From a virus (taxonomy: Duplodnaviria > Caudoviricetes), in IMG/VR virus record IMGVR_UViG_3300044260_000054, positions 1 to 40,329 of that record: a DNA stretch of 40,329 nucleotides. One strand, 5' to 3'. Each line of letters opens with the position of its first letter. Position 1 is the stretch's first letter. Below the pieces are notes generated by a model, which was not told the DNA's origin, made no database searches, and worked only from the letters and a program-made list of their open reading frames with translations. Position numbers and translations under genes: made by a program. Below, one piece after another: positions 17,772 to 26,248 of this stretch.

Positions 17772-18470
17772 TCACTCGTAGAATTTGTGGTGATGCGGCG
17801 CGCGTCGGTATTGGCGGTTTGGCAACACGCCACCCGTCACCCACCTTTTCCCCCACATGACACGCTTCGCGCGCTGGTAGAGCAGTTGCGTCGTTTGCCG
17901 GTCTTGTTGAAGGGTCTCAGAAAACGTTGCGCCCTTGGCCTGCAGGCCGAGCGCCACACACTCGATGTCCTCCTGGGCAATGTCCAGCACGTCATCATCG
18001 AGGCCGATACTGTGCCAGGGGGCGATAAAGGTGATTTCGCAGTCGACGCCGGCCGAGAGCGCATCCGCCGGCGGGTAGACTTGGAGGGTGCGGTTATTCG
18101 GGTACAGCCGCCAAAGGCGCCACTTCTCGCGCCAGAGCGTGCCATACTGCATCCGCACCCGGTCCCAACGATCGTCGTCGAGCCCCTGCTCCACGCGGCC
18201 AAACGGGATGCCCCAATCAGGCACAAAGAGCGACAGCACCGCCGCCGGATAGTGCGGGGTCAATTTTGTGATGCCGCGCGTGTCGTACTCGTAGCGGTCG
18301 GCTTCGATCGTGAAGCGGGTCAAGCGCCGCACCGCCGCAATGCACTCGTCGGCGGTGAGATCCGAGAGCACGAAGTCAAAGGCCGGCGCAAGGATGTCGT
18401 TTACGAACGCCTCGGAGGTGTCGCCGAGTTGGCGACCAGCGGCCAGAAGGATGTCACGTTTTGTTGCCAT
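17772..18470 (-). CDS. head-tail adaptor (P22 gp4 / T7 gp11-like)
   Basis: N-terminal helix MATKRDILLAAGRQLGD; YEY and LQVYPPAD motifs; upstream of the nozzle. Confidence 0.7.
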   Translation of the reverse strand: MATKRDILLAAGRQLGDTSEAFVNDILAPAFDFVLSDLTADECIAAVRRLTRFTIEADRYEYDTRGITKLTPHYPAAVLSLFVPDWGIPFGRVEQGLDDDRWDRVRMQYGTLWREKWRLWRLYPNNRTLQVYPPADALSAGVDCEITFIAPWHSIGLDDDVLDIAQEDIECVALGLQAKGATFSETLQQDRQTTQLLYQRAKRVMWGKRWVTGGVLPNRQYRRAPHHHKFYE

Positions 18471-18844
18471 TAGACGGCCTCGTGGCCCACGCCGCAGGCG
18501 AAGGCGCGAATATGCGCCGGCGTCGTGCCGACGTAGTTGAGTTCAACCGGCACCAGGGTGTCGAGACGCACATGACAGTCCCACAGGACAAAGACGCCGC
18601 CGGCTTCGACGGTGATCTCGCCGTTGATCTGGCGATAGACGCGCACGCCGATGGTTTGATCGCTCAGCAGCACGAGCCCCTGCATGACGCCGAGTTTCGT
18701 GATGGGGAGGTCAACCCAGCCGCTGGTCGCGGCGAGCTGGTAGTTGATGAGTTCGTAATCCTCGGCCTCGATCGGGTGCACGTAGGGCGAGGCGGGGAGA
18801 TGCCGAGAGCCGGAGCGCAGAACCGCGGACAAGAGAAAGCGCAT
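18470..18844 (-). CDS. small beta-rich virion protein, paralog A (124 aa)
   Basis: TGATG/TAATG coupling; start MRFLLSAVL at 18844. Confidence 0.65.
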   Translation of the reverse strand: MRFLLSAVLRSGSRHLPASPYVHPIEAEDYELINYQLAATSGWVDLPITKLGVMQGLVLLSDQTIGVRVYRQINGEITVEAGGVFVLWDCHVRLDTLVPVELNYVGTTPAHIRAFACGVGHEAV

Positions 18845-19191
18845 CAGTCGCCCCCTACCCAGCCGGTGATCCGCGTCTGAGCCTCCGCCTTGCACTCGCT
18901 GTCGGGCGTGTTGAGGGCGCCGTTGTAGAGGAGAAAGAGGCCCCCGGGCTCGATCGGAATGTTGCTGGTCGTTTGCGTACCGACCCGGAGCTTGACCGCG
19001 CCGGCGGATTGCACCACGAGAATGTGCGGATCCGCGACCTGTTCCACGGCCATAGGGGCATAGACCGCATCCCCCTCGCGGGCGAGCCGGAACCCTTGCA
19101 CCAGGGCAACGTCGAGGCTCTCGAGCCACGGGAACCAGTCGAGCGGTTCGTCGTCCATCTCGAGGCGGAGCGTGAGCTGTGTCGCTATCAT
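18844..19191 (-). CDS. small beta-rich virion protein, paralog B (115 aa)
   Basis: GGGGGA SD; start MIATQL at 19191; aligns by eye with paralog A. Confidence 0.65.
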   Translation of the reverse strand: MIATQLTLRLEMDDEPLDWFPWLESLDVALVQGFRLAREGDAVYAPMAVEQVADPHILVVQSAGAVKLRVGTQTTSNIPIEPGGLFLLYNGALNTPDSECKAEAQTRITGWVGGD

Positions 19192-19199
19192 GGTTCCCC

Positions 19200-21527
19200 C
19201 TACGGGCCGACGCACCCACCAAAGCGGCACGCATACTGACAGCGGTTGCCGCAGGTACCACAATTTGCACGGTTCGAGAGCGGATCCACGCAGCCGGTAG
19301 AGCAGAAGATTTGACCGGGTGGGCACGGTGAGGGCGTCAAGACGTCGACGCAGACGGTCAGGCCCGGCCCCGTATCCGAATCGGCCGAGTAAGGATCCCA
19401 CTCATTGCGGCCGCGCGGTTGGCCGCCGGAGATCCCGACGCGAAATTTAGTGAAGCCGCTCGTATTGATCGCGGCGGGATCGAGAGGGATGCGGAACACA
19501 TGATAGGGTGCCCAGGCGCCAGGATGCCCGGCTGGCATCTCAAACGCCGTCGAGGCGACAGCATCGCTATAGTCGGCCGCGGAGATTGGCCCGTCGGGCA
19601 ACACCTCGCCAACGAGGTTGCGGGAATCGTCGTTGTGCCATTCAGGGATGATGCCCTCCCAAGTGGCGGAATGCACATGGGCACCGGCGAGGACACTCGT
19701 GTCGTAGCGCCACACGGAAACGTCGGTCCAGAAACGGCCGAGATCGGCCACGTCCCAATAGCGGTTCTTCATCGTCTGGTTGACGTTGCCCTCGGTCCAC
19801 ACGCCGCTTTGCGTGGTCGGCGGGTAGGTGCCACCGTGGCGCCAGGCCACGCCGTCATCGCCGTTCGTGAGGCCGAAGTGGGTGCAGTTCACCGCCAGGC
19901 TAGGGGTGGGCGTCGGGATGCTGGTTTGCGTGATCGTCGGGGTCGGGGTCGCCGTCTCAGTCGCGGTCTCAGTCGCGGTCTCAGTCGCGGTGGGGGTTGG
20001 CGTTGGCGGCGATGTGAAGGTGGGCAGCGGCGTCCGCGTGGGCGTGAACCATACGCAGATGCCGAGGGGCGTCGGCGTGGGGGTAGGTGTCTCCGTCGCC
20101 GTGGCCGTGGGAATCGGCGTTAATGGTGTTTCAGTGGGCGTCGCCGATTCAGCCGGCGTGGGCGTTGGGGTGTCCGTGGGCGTTGGGGTGTCCGTGGGCG
20201 TCGCCGTTGCGCCCGTCGTCGGCGTCCACGTCGGCGCCGGCGTTGCTACGCCGCACCCTCCCGGCGCAGCCAGGGGCGCACCCGGGGGGGCCATTTCCCA
20301 ATTCACCCCGATCGAGCCCGTGTTCTGCCCGGGGGGGCTAATTGCGGTCATATAGACATACCCTTGTGGGATCGCGCGAGTCGCCACAAGGTCGGTGCAG
20401 CCCACGGTGCCCGCGGCCACAACACAGGAAGGCACATCGCAAAGGAGGCGCGAATCGTCCGCACCCACGCAGGTGGTAACAGTAATATCCTGCGTTGCCG
20501 GCCCGCTCAGGCGAACACGGAGATTCTGCGCGATCCCGTCGGCGTCATTGCAGTACGTCACCGTAGCGACGTCGTTCAATGCGCCCACGAGCGGATTCAG
20601 GAAGTGGCTGAAACTGTCAATCCATTGGGAGCCGCGGCCGGTCAGGATCTGGCCGGTGTTGCCAAACTCGATAACGTGGGTCGCGGGCAAAGGATGCAGC
20701 CCCCCGACTGCGTTTTCTCGAATATAAACTTGATCGCCTCCAGTGACGCTACAGTTCGAGGAACAGGTGACGGCATTTGAATAGAGCCCGCTCCCGGTGG
20801 CAATCGAGGTCGAGACAATGTCGCTCGCAGTCGTCACGTCATGAAGACTTGTCCCAATGGAGGTGCAAAAGCCGGCGCAGAGAGATTCATTATTGAGGGA
20901 GAGTGTTGAAGCTGCGGCGTCCCGCGGCATGACTATCGCCTCGTTCGAGGTAGTAGACCCACACTTTGGTCCTAAGAGCGAAACCGCTTCCGGGATGCAG
21001 AATTTATTGTTCCCGTTGACGTTGTTAGGTATCCCAAAATCAAGCACGGCATCGTGTGCGGATCCATCTTGCGCCAAGACCGTGAGGGTGACGTTGCATG
21101 TGTGGCTGCTAAGAGAGCTCGCGTTGAGAAGGACGTAGTCGCCTTGATTGAAATTTACGTAGTCGCCCGTTGTCGCATAGCGGTCAAGGCAACCGGGGTG
21201 CCCGGCACTGGAACAGGCCAGAGCTGAATTGACCCCGTTGACGGCGACAGTAAACGAGGCCGTGAGGGGCGCCTCGCATTTGACCGTGAGGTTTTGTAAG
21301 CGTCCCGCCGAGGGCATATAGAGGCCAAACACGCCACCATTTGCCCAGCTCGTCGCCGGCTGACTGCCTCCCGAAGCATCAAAATGCCAAGCCAAATGCG
21401 CCCGGCGAATGTCGGGCGTCGCGGTGCCCGCCGCAGTCGGCGTGCTGGTGGCAGTCGGCGTCGGCGTTTGTGCGGGCAGCCAGAGCGGCCACGCAACGAT
21501 GAGGGCGATAAGGAGCCGTTTCACCAT
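19200..21527 (-). CDS. secreted multidomain Cys-rich Pro/Thr-repeat protein (775 aa)
   Basis: Signal peptide MVKRLLIALIVAWPLWLPA; three repeated beta domains, long PT linker, DNRLRE-like domain, Stig1-like C-terminal CVD..NCGTCG..C. Confidence 0.8.
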   Translation of the reverse strand: MVKRLLIALIVAWPLWLPAQTPTPTATSTPTAAGTATPDIRRAHLAWHFDASGGSQPATSWANGGVFGLYMPSAGRLQNLTVKCEAPLTASFTVAVNGVNSALACSSAGHPGCLDRYATTGDYVNFNQGDYVLLNASSLSSHTCNVTLTVLAQDGSAHDAVLDFGIPNNVNGNNKFCIPEAVSLLGPKCGSTTSNEAIVMPRDAAASTLSLNNESLCAGFCTSIGTSLHDVTTASDIVSTSIATGSGLYSNAVTCSSNCSVTGGDQVYIRENAVGGLHPLPATHVIEFGNTGQILTGRGSQWIDSFSHFLNPLVGALNDVATVTYCNDADGIAQNLRVRLSGPATQDITVTTCVGADDSRLLCDVPSCVVAAGTVGCTDLVATRAIPQGYVYMTAISPPGQNTGSIGVNWEMAPPGAPLAAPGGCGVATPAPTWTPTTGATATPTDTPTPTDTPTPTPAESATPTETPLTPIPTATATETPTPTPTPLGICVWFTPTRTPLPTFTSPPTPTPTATETATETATETATPTPTITQTSIPTPTPSLAVNCTHFGLTNGDDGVAWRHGGTYPPTTQSGVWTEGNVNQTMKNRYWDVADLGRFWTDVSVWRYDTSVLAGAHVHSATWEGIIPEWHNDDSRNLVGEVLPDGPISAADYSDAVASTAFEMPAGHPGAWAPYHVFRIPLDPAAINTSGFTKFRVGISGGQPRGRNEWDPYSADSDTGPGLTVCVDVLTPSPCPPGQIFCSTGCVDPLSNRANCGTCGNRCQYACRFGGCVGP
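19954..19989. repeat. perfect 12-bp tandem repeat (GTCTCAGTCGCG)x3 encoding ATET units
   Basis: Read directly; a second 18-bp duplication lies at 20157-20192. Confidence 0.9.
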
Positions 21528-21531
21528 GGGG

Positions 21532-22791
21532 TCATCCCGGCGTCGGAGTCAGACAGATGCCGTTGCCGCCACAGTCGGCGTCGACGGTGCAGCGCACGAC
21601 TGGCGGTATAGTGGCCGTAGGCGTCGCCCCGGTTGGGGTTAGGCTTGGTGTTGCCGTCAGCGTCGGCGTCGATGAGGGCGTCACCGTCGAGGTCACGGTG
21701 CGGGTCGGCCCCGCGAGATATTGGGGAAAGTAGTCAGTGCCGGGCGTCGGCGGCGCCGTAGGAAACCCAAAGGGGGTTACGGTTGGCGTGTTCGTAATCG
21801 TGCGGGTTGGCGTGGCCGTTGCCGTCGATGAAGGGGTCCACGTTTGCGTGGGGGTGTAGGTGTTGCTCGGCGTCGCGGTTGACCCCGGGGTATTCGTGAT
21901 CGTCGGCGTCGGTGTGATTGTCGGCGTGGCCGTCGGGGTCCAGGTCGGCGGAAACGTCGGCGTGGCCGTCGGAGCAAACAGGTATTGCGTCACGTAGTCC
22001 GTCGCCGGCGTCGGGGCTGGTTCAACGCAGAGCTCCAACACCGGGCCCTCGGCGTTCGCGGTCGGCGTTGGATCATCGACAGACGAAAAGCCGAGGATGG
22101 TCTGATCCAAGTCGGCGAGTGGTTGCGTGCCGATGCCCCACACGCGAAAGGCAGTGTAGCCTGCGGCGTTAATGCCCGTCACACTTGTGAGCGGCAGCGT
22201 GGTGCTCCCCCAGGGGATGACGCCAAACGACACGTTGAAGGCCGGCGAGCCCGTGGGCCGTGCGGCGAAGTCGCCGCAGGAATACGTGGACACGCTGCCG
22301 TCGTAATACGTGCCGGTGAGCGCGCCGGTGGTGTCGGGAAAAATCATGAGCTTGAAGTTGGGCGCAATGCGGAGATCGCCCTGCGCGACGCGCGTGCCGC
22401 CGGGGATACCGGAGGTGTCGAACCGCATCGCCGCGACCGCCCGATAATACGTGCCACTGAGAAGCTCATCGGCGGCGAATAGATCCGTGTTGTCGAAGTC
22501 GATAAACTGACACACCGGCGCATCGTAGACCGGCGAATAGCCCCAGAGGGTGACGTCATCATTCGTCGCCGCGATCGGGATGGAGAGCGGCGTCTGGCCG
22601 GCGGCGCAGGCGACCGTCGGCGTTGCGGTCGGGGTCGGTGTCGAGGTCGGTGTCTCGGTGGGCGTGTCGGTCGGCGTGGCCGTCTGACCAAACGCGGGGA
22701 GTCCGCCCAGGGCGCCCAGGGCGAGGCTCAGCACAAACAGGGCGAACCGGCGGCGCGCTACATTCGGGAGGAACCGCGGCGGGTGTCGCAT
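21532..22791 (-). CDS. secreted Pro/Thr-repeat protein with DNRLRE-like domain (419 aa)
   Basis: Signal peptide ...[24 protein letters not shown] (RRxF, possibly Tat); MRFDTSGIP; C-terminal [13 protein letters not shown]. Confidence 0.75.
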   Translation of the reverse strand: MRHPPRFLPNVARRRFALFVLSLALGALGGLPAFGQTATPTDTPTETPTSTPTPTATPTVACAAGQTPLSIPIAATNDDVTLWGYSPVYDAPVCQFIDFDNTDLFAADELLSGTYYRAVAAMRFDTSGIPGGTRVAQGDLRIAPNFKLMIFPDTTGALTGTYYDGSVSTYSCGDFAARPTGSPAFNVSFGVIPWGSTTLPLTSVTGINAAGYTAFRVWGIGTQPLADLDQTILGFSSVDDPTPTANAEGPVLELCVEPAPTPATDYVTQYLFAPTATPTFPPTWTPTATPTITPTPTITNTPGSTATPSNTYTPTQTWTPSSTATATPTRTITNTPTVTPFGFPTAPPTPGTDYFPQYLAGPTRTVTSTVTPSSTPTLTATPSLTPTGATPTATIPPVVRCTVDADCGGNGICLTPTPG

Positions 22792-22816
22792 GGGGGGGGC
22801 TCACGCATCGGCGCGG

Positions 22817-23434
22817 TCAATTCGGATAGGAAAGGTTGATGCTCTGAATGACCATTTTCCCGGTCGGCTGTGTCCCGCCCGTGAGACAATCCACGCGCTT
22901 GACGAGCACCTTCGCCAGTTGCCCGTTGCACACGCTGGCGGCGCACGCGCTGCCGGTTGCGGAATTGGTGACCACAAGGCCGGTCGTCACCGCGGGGATC
23001 GGCACATATTGCCCGGCCGTCGCGGCGCTGATCGCGGTGCCGCCCACGGACGCGAGGCCCGAGGTCATCACGTTGGTCGCGGCGTCGGCCTCAAAGACAG
23101 TAATGGACGCCTGATAACACGCGCGTTTGCCCGTGGTGGTTTCATCGAGCGGCCACTGATAGACCGCCATCGAGGGGGCCACGCCCGCGGCGTTGTAGTC
23201 GTCTGGCAACGTGACCGTGAAATAGGTGGTATCGTTGCTCCCATACGCGCACCCCGGCCCCTTGTAGGGCATCCCGTCGAGGGCGCGCGTGCCTTGTTCG
23301 GTGGAGCAGGGATTGACCGCGCCAGCTTCGGCTTGCCCGCCCACAAGGTAAATGTGCGAGGTGCCGCCCCAGGCCGGCGTTGTGAGCACCACCCCGAACG
23401 CCACTGCCACGAGTCCACGCATGAGCTGTTTCAT
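22817..23434 (-). CDS. secreted beta-rich Cys-containing protein (about 205 aa)
   Basis: Signal peptide MKQLMRGLVAVAFGVVLTTPAWG; alternative start at 23443. Confidence 0.7.
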   Translation of the reverse strand: MKQLMRGLVAVAFGVVLTTPAWGGTSHIYLVGGQAEAGAVNPCSTEQGTRALDGMPYKGPGCAYGSNDTTYFTVTLPDDYNAAGVAPSMAVYQWPLDETTTGKRACYQASITVFEADAATNVMTSGLASVGGTAISAATAGQYVPIPAVTTGLVVTNSATGSACAASVCNGQLAKVLVKRVDCLTGGTQPTGKMVIQSINLSYPN

Positions 23435-23439
23435 CGTCC

Positions 23440-23835
23440 TCATCCTTTCGCTGGTGGTCCGGTGATAAATTCCCACTCCACGTCGCCGTTGTCGGTCATG
23501 CGGAGGTAGCTCCAGACCGCTTCGGACAGATCAATACCGGCGCCATTGGTGCGTCGGCCCTGTTCGTCGGTGCCGCTTTCTGCCGCGGGCCGCGCGCCAT
23601 GCATCACATACTGGTCGTCATGGGTGTTCCACGGTCCCAGGTCGCCGACCGGGGCCATGCAGCAGCGTCCGTTCGCGCAGTTGCTAACGAAGACGATGCG
23701 GCGGAGGGCCCAGCGTGAGGGCAGCGCCACGAACCAATTTGCCAGCTGGTAGGGGTGCTTGAGGTCCAGCACCCGAAACCCGATCGCCGTGAGGTTGCCG
23801 ATTTGCCCCTCGCGGGTCGCTTTCACGCGGATCAT
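23440..23835 (-). CDS. endolysin, RlpA-like double-psi beta-barrel lytic transglycosylase
   Basis: FVALPS, APVGDLGPWN, AGIDLSEAVW and VEWEF motifs; ATGA-coupled start at 23835. Confidence 0.7.
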   Translation of the reverse strand: MIRVKATREGQIGNLTAIGFRVLDLKHPYQLANWFVALPSRWALRRIVFVSNCANGRCCMAPVGDLGPWNTHDDQYVMHGARPAAESGTDEQGRRTNGAGIDLSEAVWSYLRMTDNGDVEWEFITGPPAKG

Positions 23836-24251
23836 CGGGCACTCCTCGATTTCTGGGGTGTGCGTTGCACTTGCAGCACTTCGGCCTGGAGCATGTGCAG
23901 CGTCTCGATAATTTGCTCGTGCTGTCCAAGCACACGATCGCTCAGGCGCTCGATGGCCGCGACACGCCGCTGGCAGTCGTCGAGAGATTGCTCGACACGT
24001 ATTTTGTCGTGGCTCCATGGACTTTCCTTGAGGGCCTCGCGCACCATGGCCTGCACCAGAAACTTGTCAGGCACATCCTCAAGCCGGTGCGCTAAGACCC
24101 CATAGGCGCCCCCCACGGCAAAGGCGGCAGCCACCAGGCCGATAAGCACGTAGTACCAGACCGTCGGGCGGCCCTTGCTCTCGAGCGCATCCAGCACCCG
24201 TTGCAGGCTGGGTTCCTCGCCATGGTCGTCGTGATCGCTGGACGCATCCAC
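23832..24251 (-). CDS. single-TM plus coiled-coil protein (possible holin-like)
   Basis: TM segment VWYYVLIGLVAAAFAVGGAYGVL followed by a coiled coil; directly upstream of the endolysin. Confidence 0.55.
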   Translation of the reverse strand: MDASSDHDDHGEEPSLQRVLDALESKGRPTVWYYVLIGLVAAAFAVGGAYGVLAHRLEDVPDKFLVQAMVREALKESPWSHDKIRVEQSLDDCQRRVAAIERLSDRVLGQHEQIIETLHMLQAEVLQVQRTPQKSRSAR

Positions 24252-24263
24252 ATGGCCCCCGGG

Positions 24264-25016
24264 TTACGTTGGCGATGGCGACGGCGGCGAAGTGGGGGTC
24301 AGGGTCGGGGTTGGGGTTAAGGTTGGCGTCGGCGTCTTGGTCGGCGTCTTGGTCGGCGTCGGCGTCAAGGTTGGCGTCGGCGTCCAGGTCGGTGTCGGCG
24401 TGCGGGTCGGCGTGAACGTCGGCGTATTGCGAGGGGTCTTGGTCGGCACCGGCGTGGAGCGGTCGGGGAGATCGCCTTGCTCGACCGCCCACACGGGGAT
24501 CGGCGTGGCCGCCCCCTTGCACTGCCAGGGTTGCTCGGCCGTGGACCGGCCGTGGTAGCCAGCGGAGAACCCAGCATGGAGCGGCGACGCGGCCGTCACG
24601 GGCGCCCAATTCGAGTTTGCATCTGCCGTGGGACCGCACATGAGGGTCCCTGTGGTGTCGGTTGTCCGCAGCTCGAGGAGCCAACGGCCAGAATTACTGC
24701 CGACCGTCGAGGGTGTCGGGTTGACGTTATATGTGGTAATGCGGCTGCCGACCTCGGCCCGGGCGACGCTGGCGGACAGGCAGAAGCCCAGCACCAGGAG
24801 TTTTTTCAGGTGCATGAAGTCGGAGAGCTGTCGATCGGACATTCGCGGATCTCCCTTAGCGGGGCGCCCGGCGCGCTGGCGGGTTCTGACCGCAGCCATA
24901 AAGCGCCGCTGGCGTTCGCTGACGGCGGGATTGAAACTCAACTCGCGGGCGTGTTCTCGTCCGCATCCCTCGGCAAACGCTGCGTGCCCGGCCGTTGACT
25001 CGTCGCTCGATCGCAC
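24264..25016 (-). CDS. fusion ORF: DUF3008-like basic module, internal signal peptide, small domain, Pro/Thr tail
   Basis: PAVSERQRRFM...MSDRQLSDF runs in frame into MHLKKLLVLGFCLSASVARA (possible internal ATG 24815) and a PT tail. Confidence 0.6.
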   Translation of the reverse strand: MRSSDESTAGHAAFAEGCGREHARELSFNPAVSERQRRFMAAVRTRQRAGRPAKGDPRMSDRQLSDFMHLKKLLVLGFCLSASVARAEVGSRITTYNVNPTPSTVGSNSGRWLLELRTTDTTGTLMCGPTADANSNWAPVTAASPLHAGFSAGYHGRSTAEQPWQCKGAATPIPVWAVEQGDLPDRSTPVPTKTPRNTPTFTPTRTPTPTWTPTPTLTPTPTKTPTKTPTPTLTPTPTLTPTSPPSPSPT

Positions 25017-25026
25017 CGCGTCACCG

Positions 25027-25695
25027 TCACGCCGCCTCCAACCGCTGCCCGCTGTAGTCGATCAAGCTGTAGGGGTACGACATGCGTTCATGGCGCACCA
25101 GCCGCGGGTTGCCGTTCTCGTCCACCTCGCGCACCCATGCCTCCAGGCGCGCGTGGTCCAGCACCTCGAGCACTTCGACCGGCACGATCGTTTGCACGCC
25201 GCGTGGAATCCGGTAATGCCGACCGTTGACCCCGACGTCGACCGGGTAGTTCTGCGCCGGGTCTTCGTGCGAGTGCACGCTGATGGTGCACATGCCGCCG
25301 TTGGCGGTGATCCGCGCGTAAATTCTGCGTCGTTCCTGCTCGGCGTTGAGTGCCGTCACCTCGGCGGCGATCCGCGAATAGCCGCCTTGATCCTTGGCGA
25401 GTTTCTGCACGAGCTCGTTGTTCGCGCGTAGCTGCTCCTCCAGGAGCAGGATGCGGCGCTCGGTCGCGGAATTGATCTGGTCCTTGAGCCGTGCGGTTTC
25501 GGCGTCGCATACGGCGTCGCGTGCCTCAATCTCGGCCGGCGTCTTGCCGACGTATTGATCGACGGGCACGGGCGGGATGTCCCGCCGGCCGTCGATGATT
25601 TCGTCGATGGTCTTCTCCGTCGCGGCGATCTGCGCCGGGGTGAACTCGGGGCCGCCCATCGGCGGGGTGACAGTCGGGCGGTTGTGTCGCGCCAT
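25027..25695 (-). CDS. conserved capsid-neighbour protein (N4 gp55-like position)
   Basis: VDVGVNGRHYRIPRGVQTIVPVEVLEVLDHA motif; start MARHNR at 25695. Confidence 0.65.
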   Translation of the reverse strand: MARHNRPTVTPPMGGPEFTPAQIAATEKTIDEIIDGRRDIPPVPVDQYVGKTPAEIEARDAVCDAETARLKDQINSATERRILLLEEQLRANNELVQKLAKDQGGYSRIAAEVTALNAEQERRRIYARITANGGMCTISVHSHEDPAQNYPVDVGVNGRHYRIPRGVQTIVPVEVLEVLDHARLEAWVREVDENGNPRLVRHERMSYPYSLIDYSGQRLEAA

Positions 25696-25699
25696 CGCT

Positions 25700-26218
25700 T
25701 TAGCGGTTCCGTCGTGCGGCGAGGATGATGTTGGCACCGCCAGCCACTTGCAGGGCGGCCGGGATAGATAGGCCCGCTTGCGTCATGAAGTTGCCGGAAC
25801 CAGTGAGCGAGGCGCCCGTGGAGCTCGATGCCACCAGGCCGGTAATGGCCGCGCCGTCTTGGTCGACGTGCTTCGGGTCACTATTGGTCGTCTCGTCGCC
25901 GCTTTCGCTCGTGTCCACACCGCTCACCCAGCGCTCGCCGGCGCTGTCGAGCACAACGATGTCGCCGCCGGCGTAAGCGGTGATGCCCGACGTGACGCGG
26001 GTCACGACGCCCGTCGAGCCAGTGGTCAGCAGACTCAGCGCGGCCGCCCACTGCGAAAGGTTGGTGTTGTTGAACCACCAGTATTGGTTCGGGTTGGTGC
26101 CGCCATGGTCGACGAACAGGAGCGCGAAGTCGGGCACGAAGCCGAACATGACTTTGACCACACCGGCACTCGACGTCTTGCTGGTGAATTGCGCGATGGC
26201 CAGATCAGAAATTTCCAT
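25700..26218 (-). CDS. virion structural / decoration protein (172 aa)
   Basis: AAGGGAG SD; directly after the capsid gene; GFVPD motif. Confidence 0.65.
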   Translation of the reverse strand: MEISDLAIAQFTSKTSSAGVVKVMFGFVPDFALLFVDHGGTNPNQYWWFNNTNLSQWAAALSLLTTGSTGVVTRVTSGITAYAGGDIVVLDSAGERWVSGVDTSESGDETTNSDPKHVDQDGAAITGLVASSSTGASLTGSGNFMTQAGLSIPAALQVAGGANIILAARRNR

Positions 26219-26248
26219 GTGTGTCTCCCTTTGTGGGTGCCTCTGCCG

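Noticed and set aside
19920-22000. CRISPR array or DGR-type repeats
   Set aside because: The repeats are codon-phased Pro/Thr linkers without unique spacers; no cas or reverse transcriptase gene was seen.
22792-22799. G8 tract before the 419-aa gene (and G7 tracts near 20284 and 20331) as phase-variation switches
   Set aside because: Short G runs are expected at this GC content, the frames are intact, and there is no evidence of length variation without reads.
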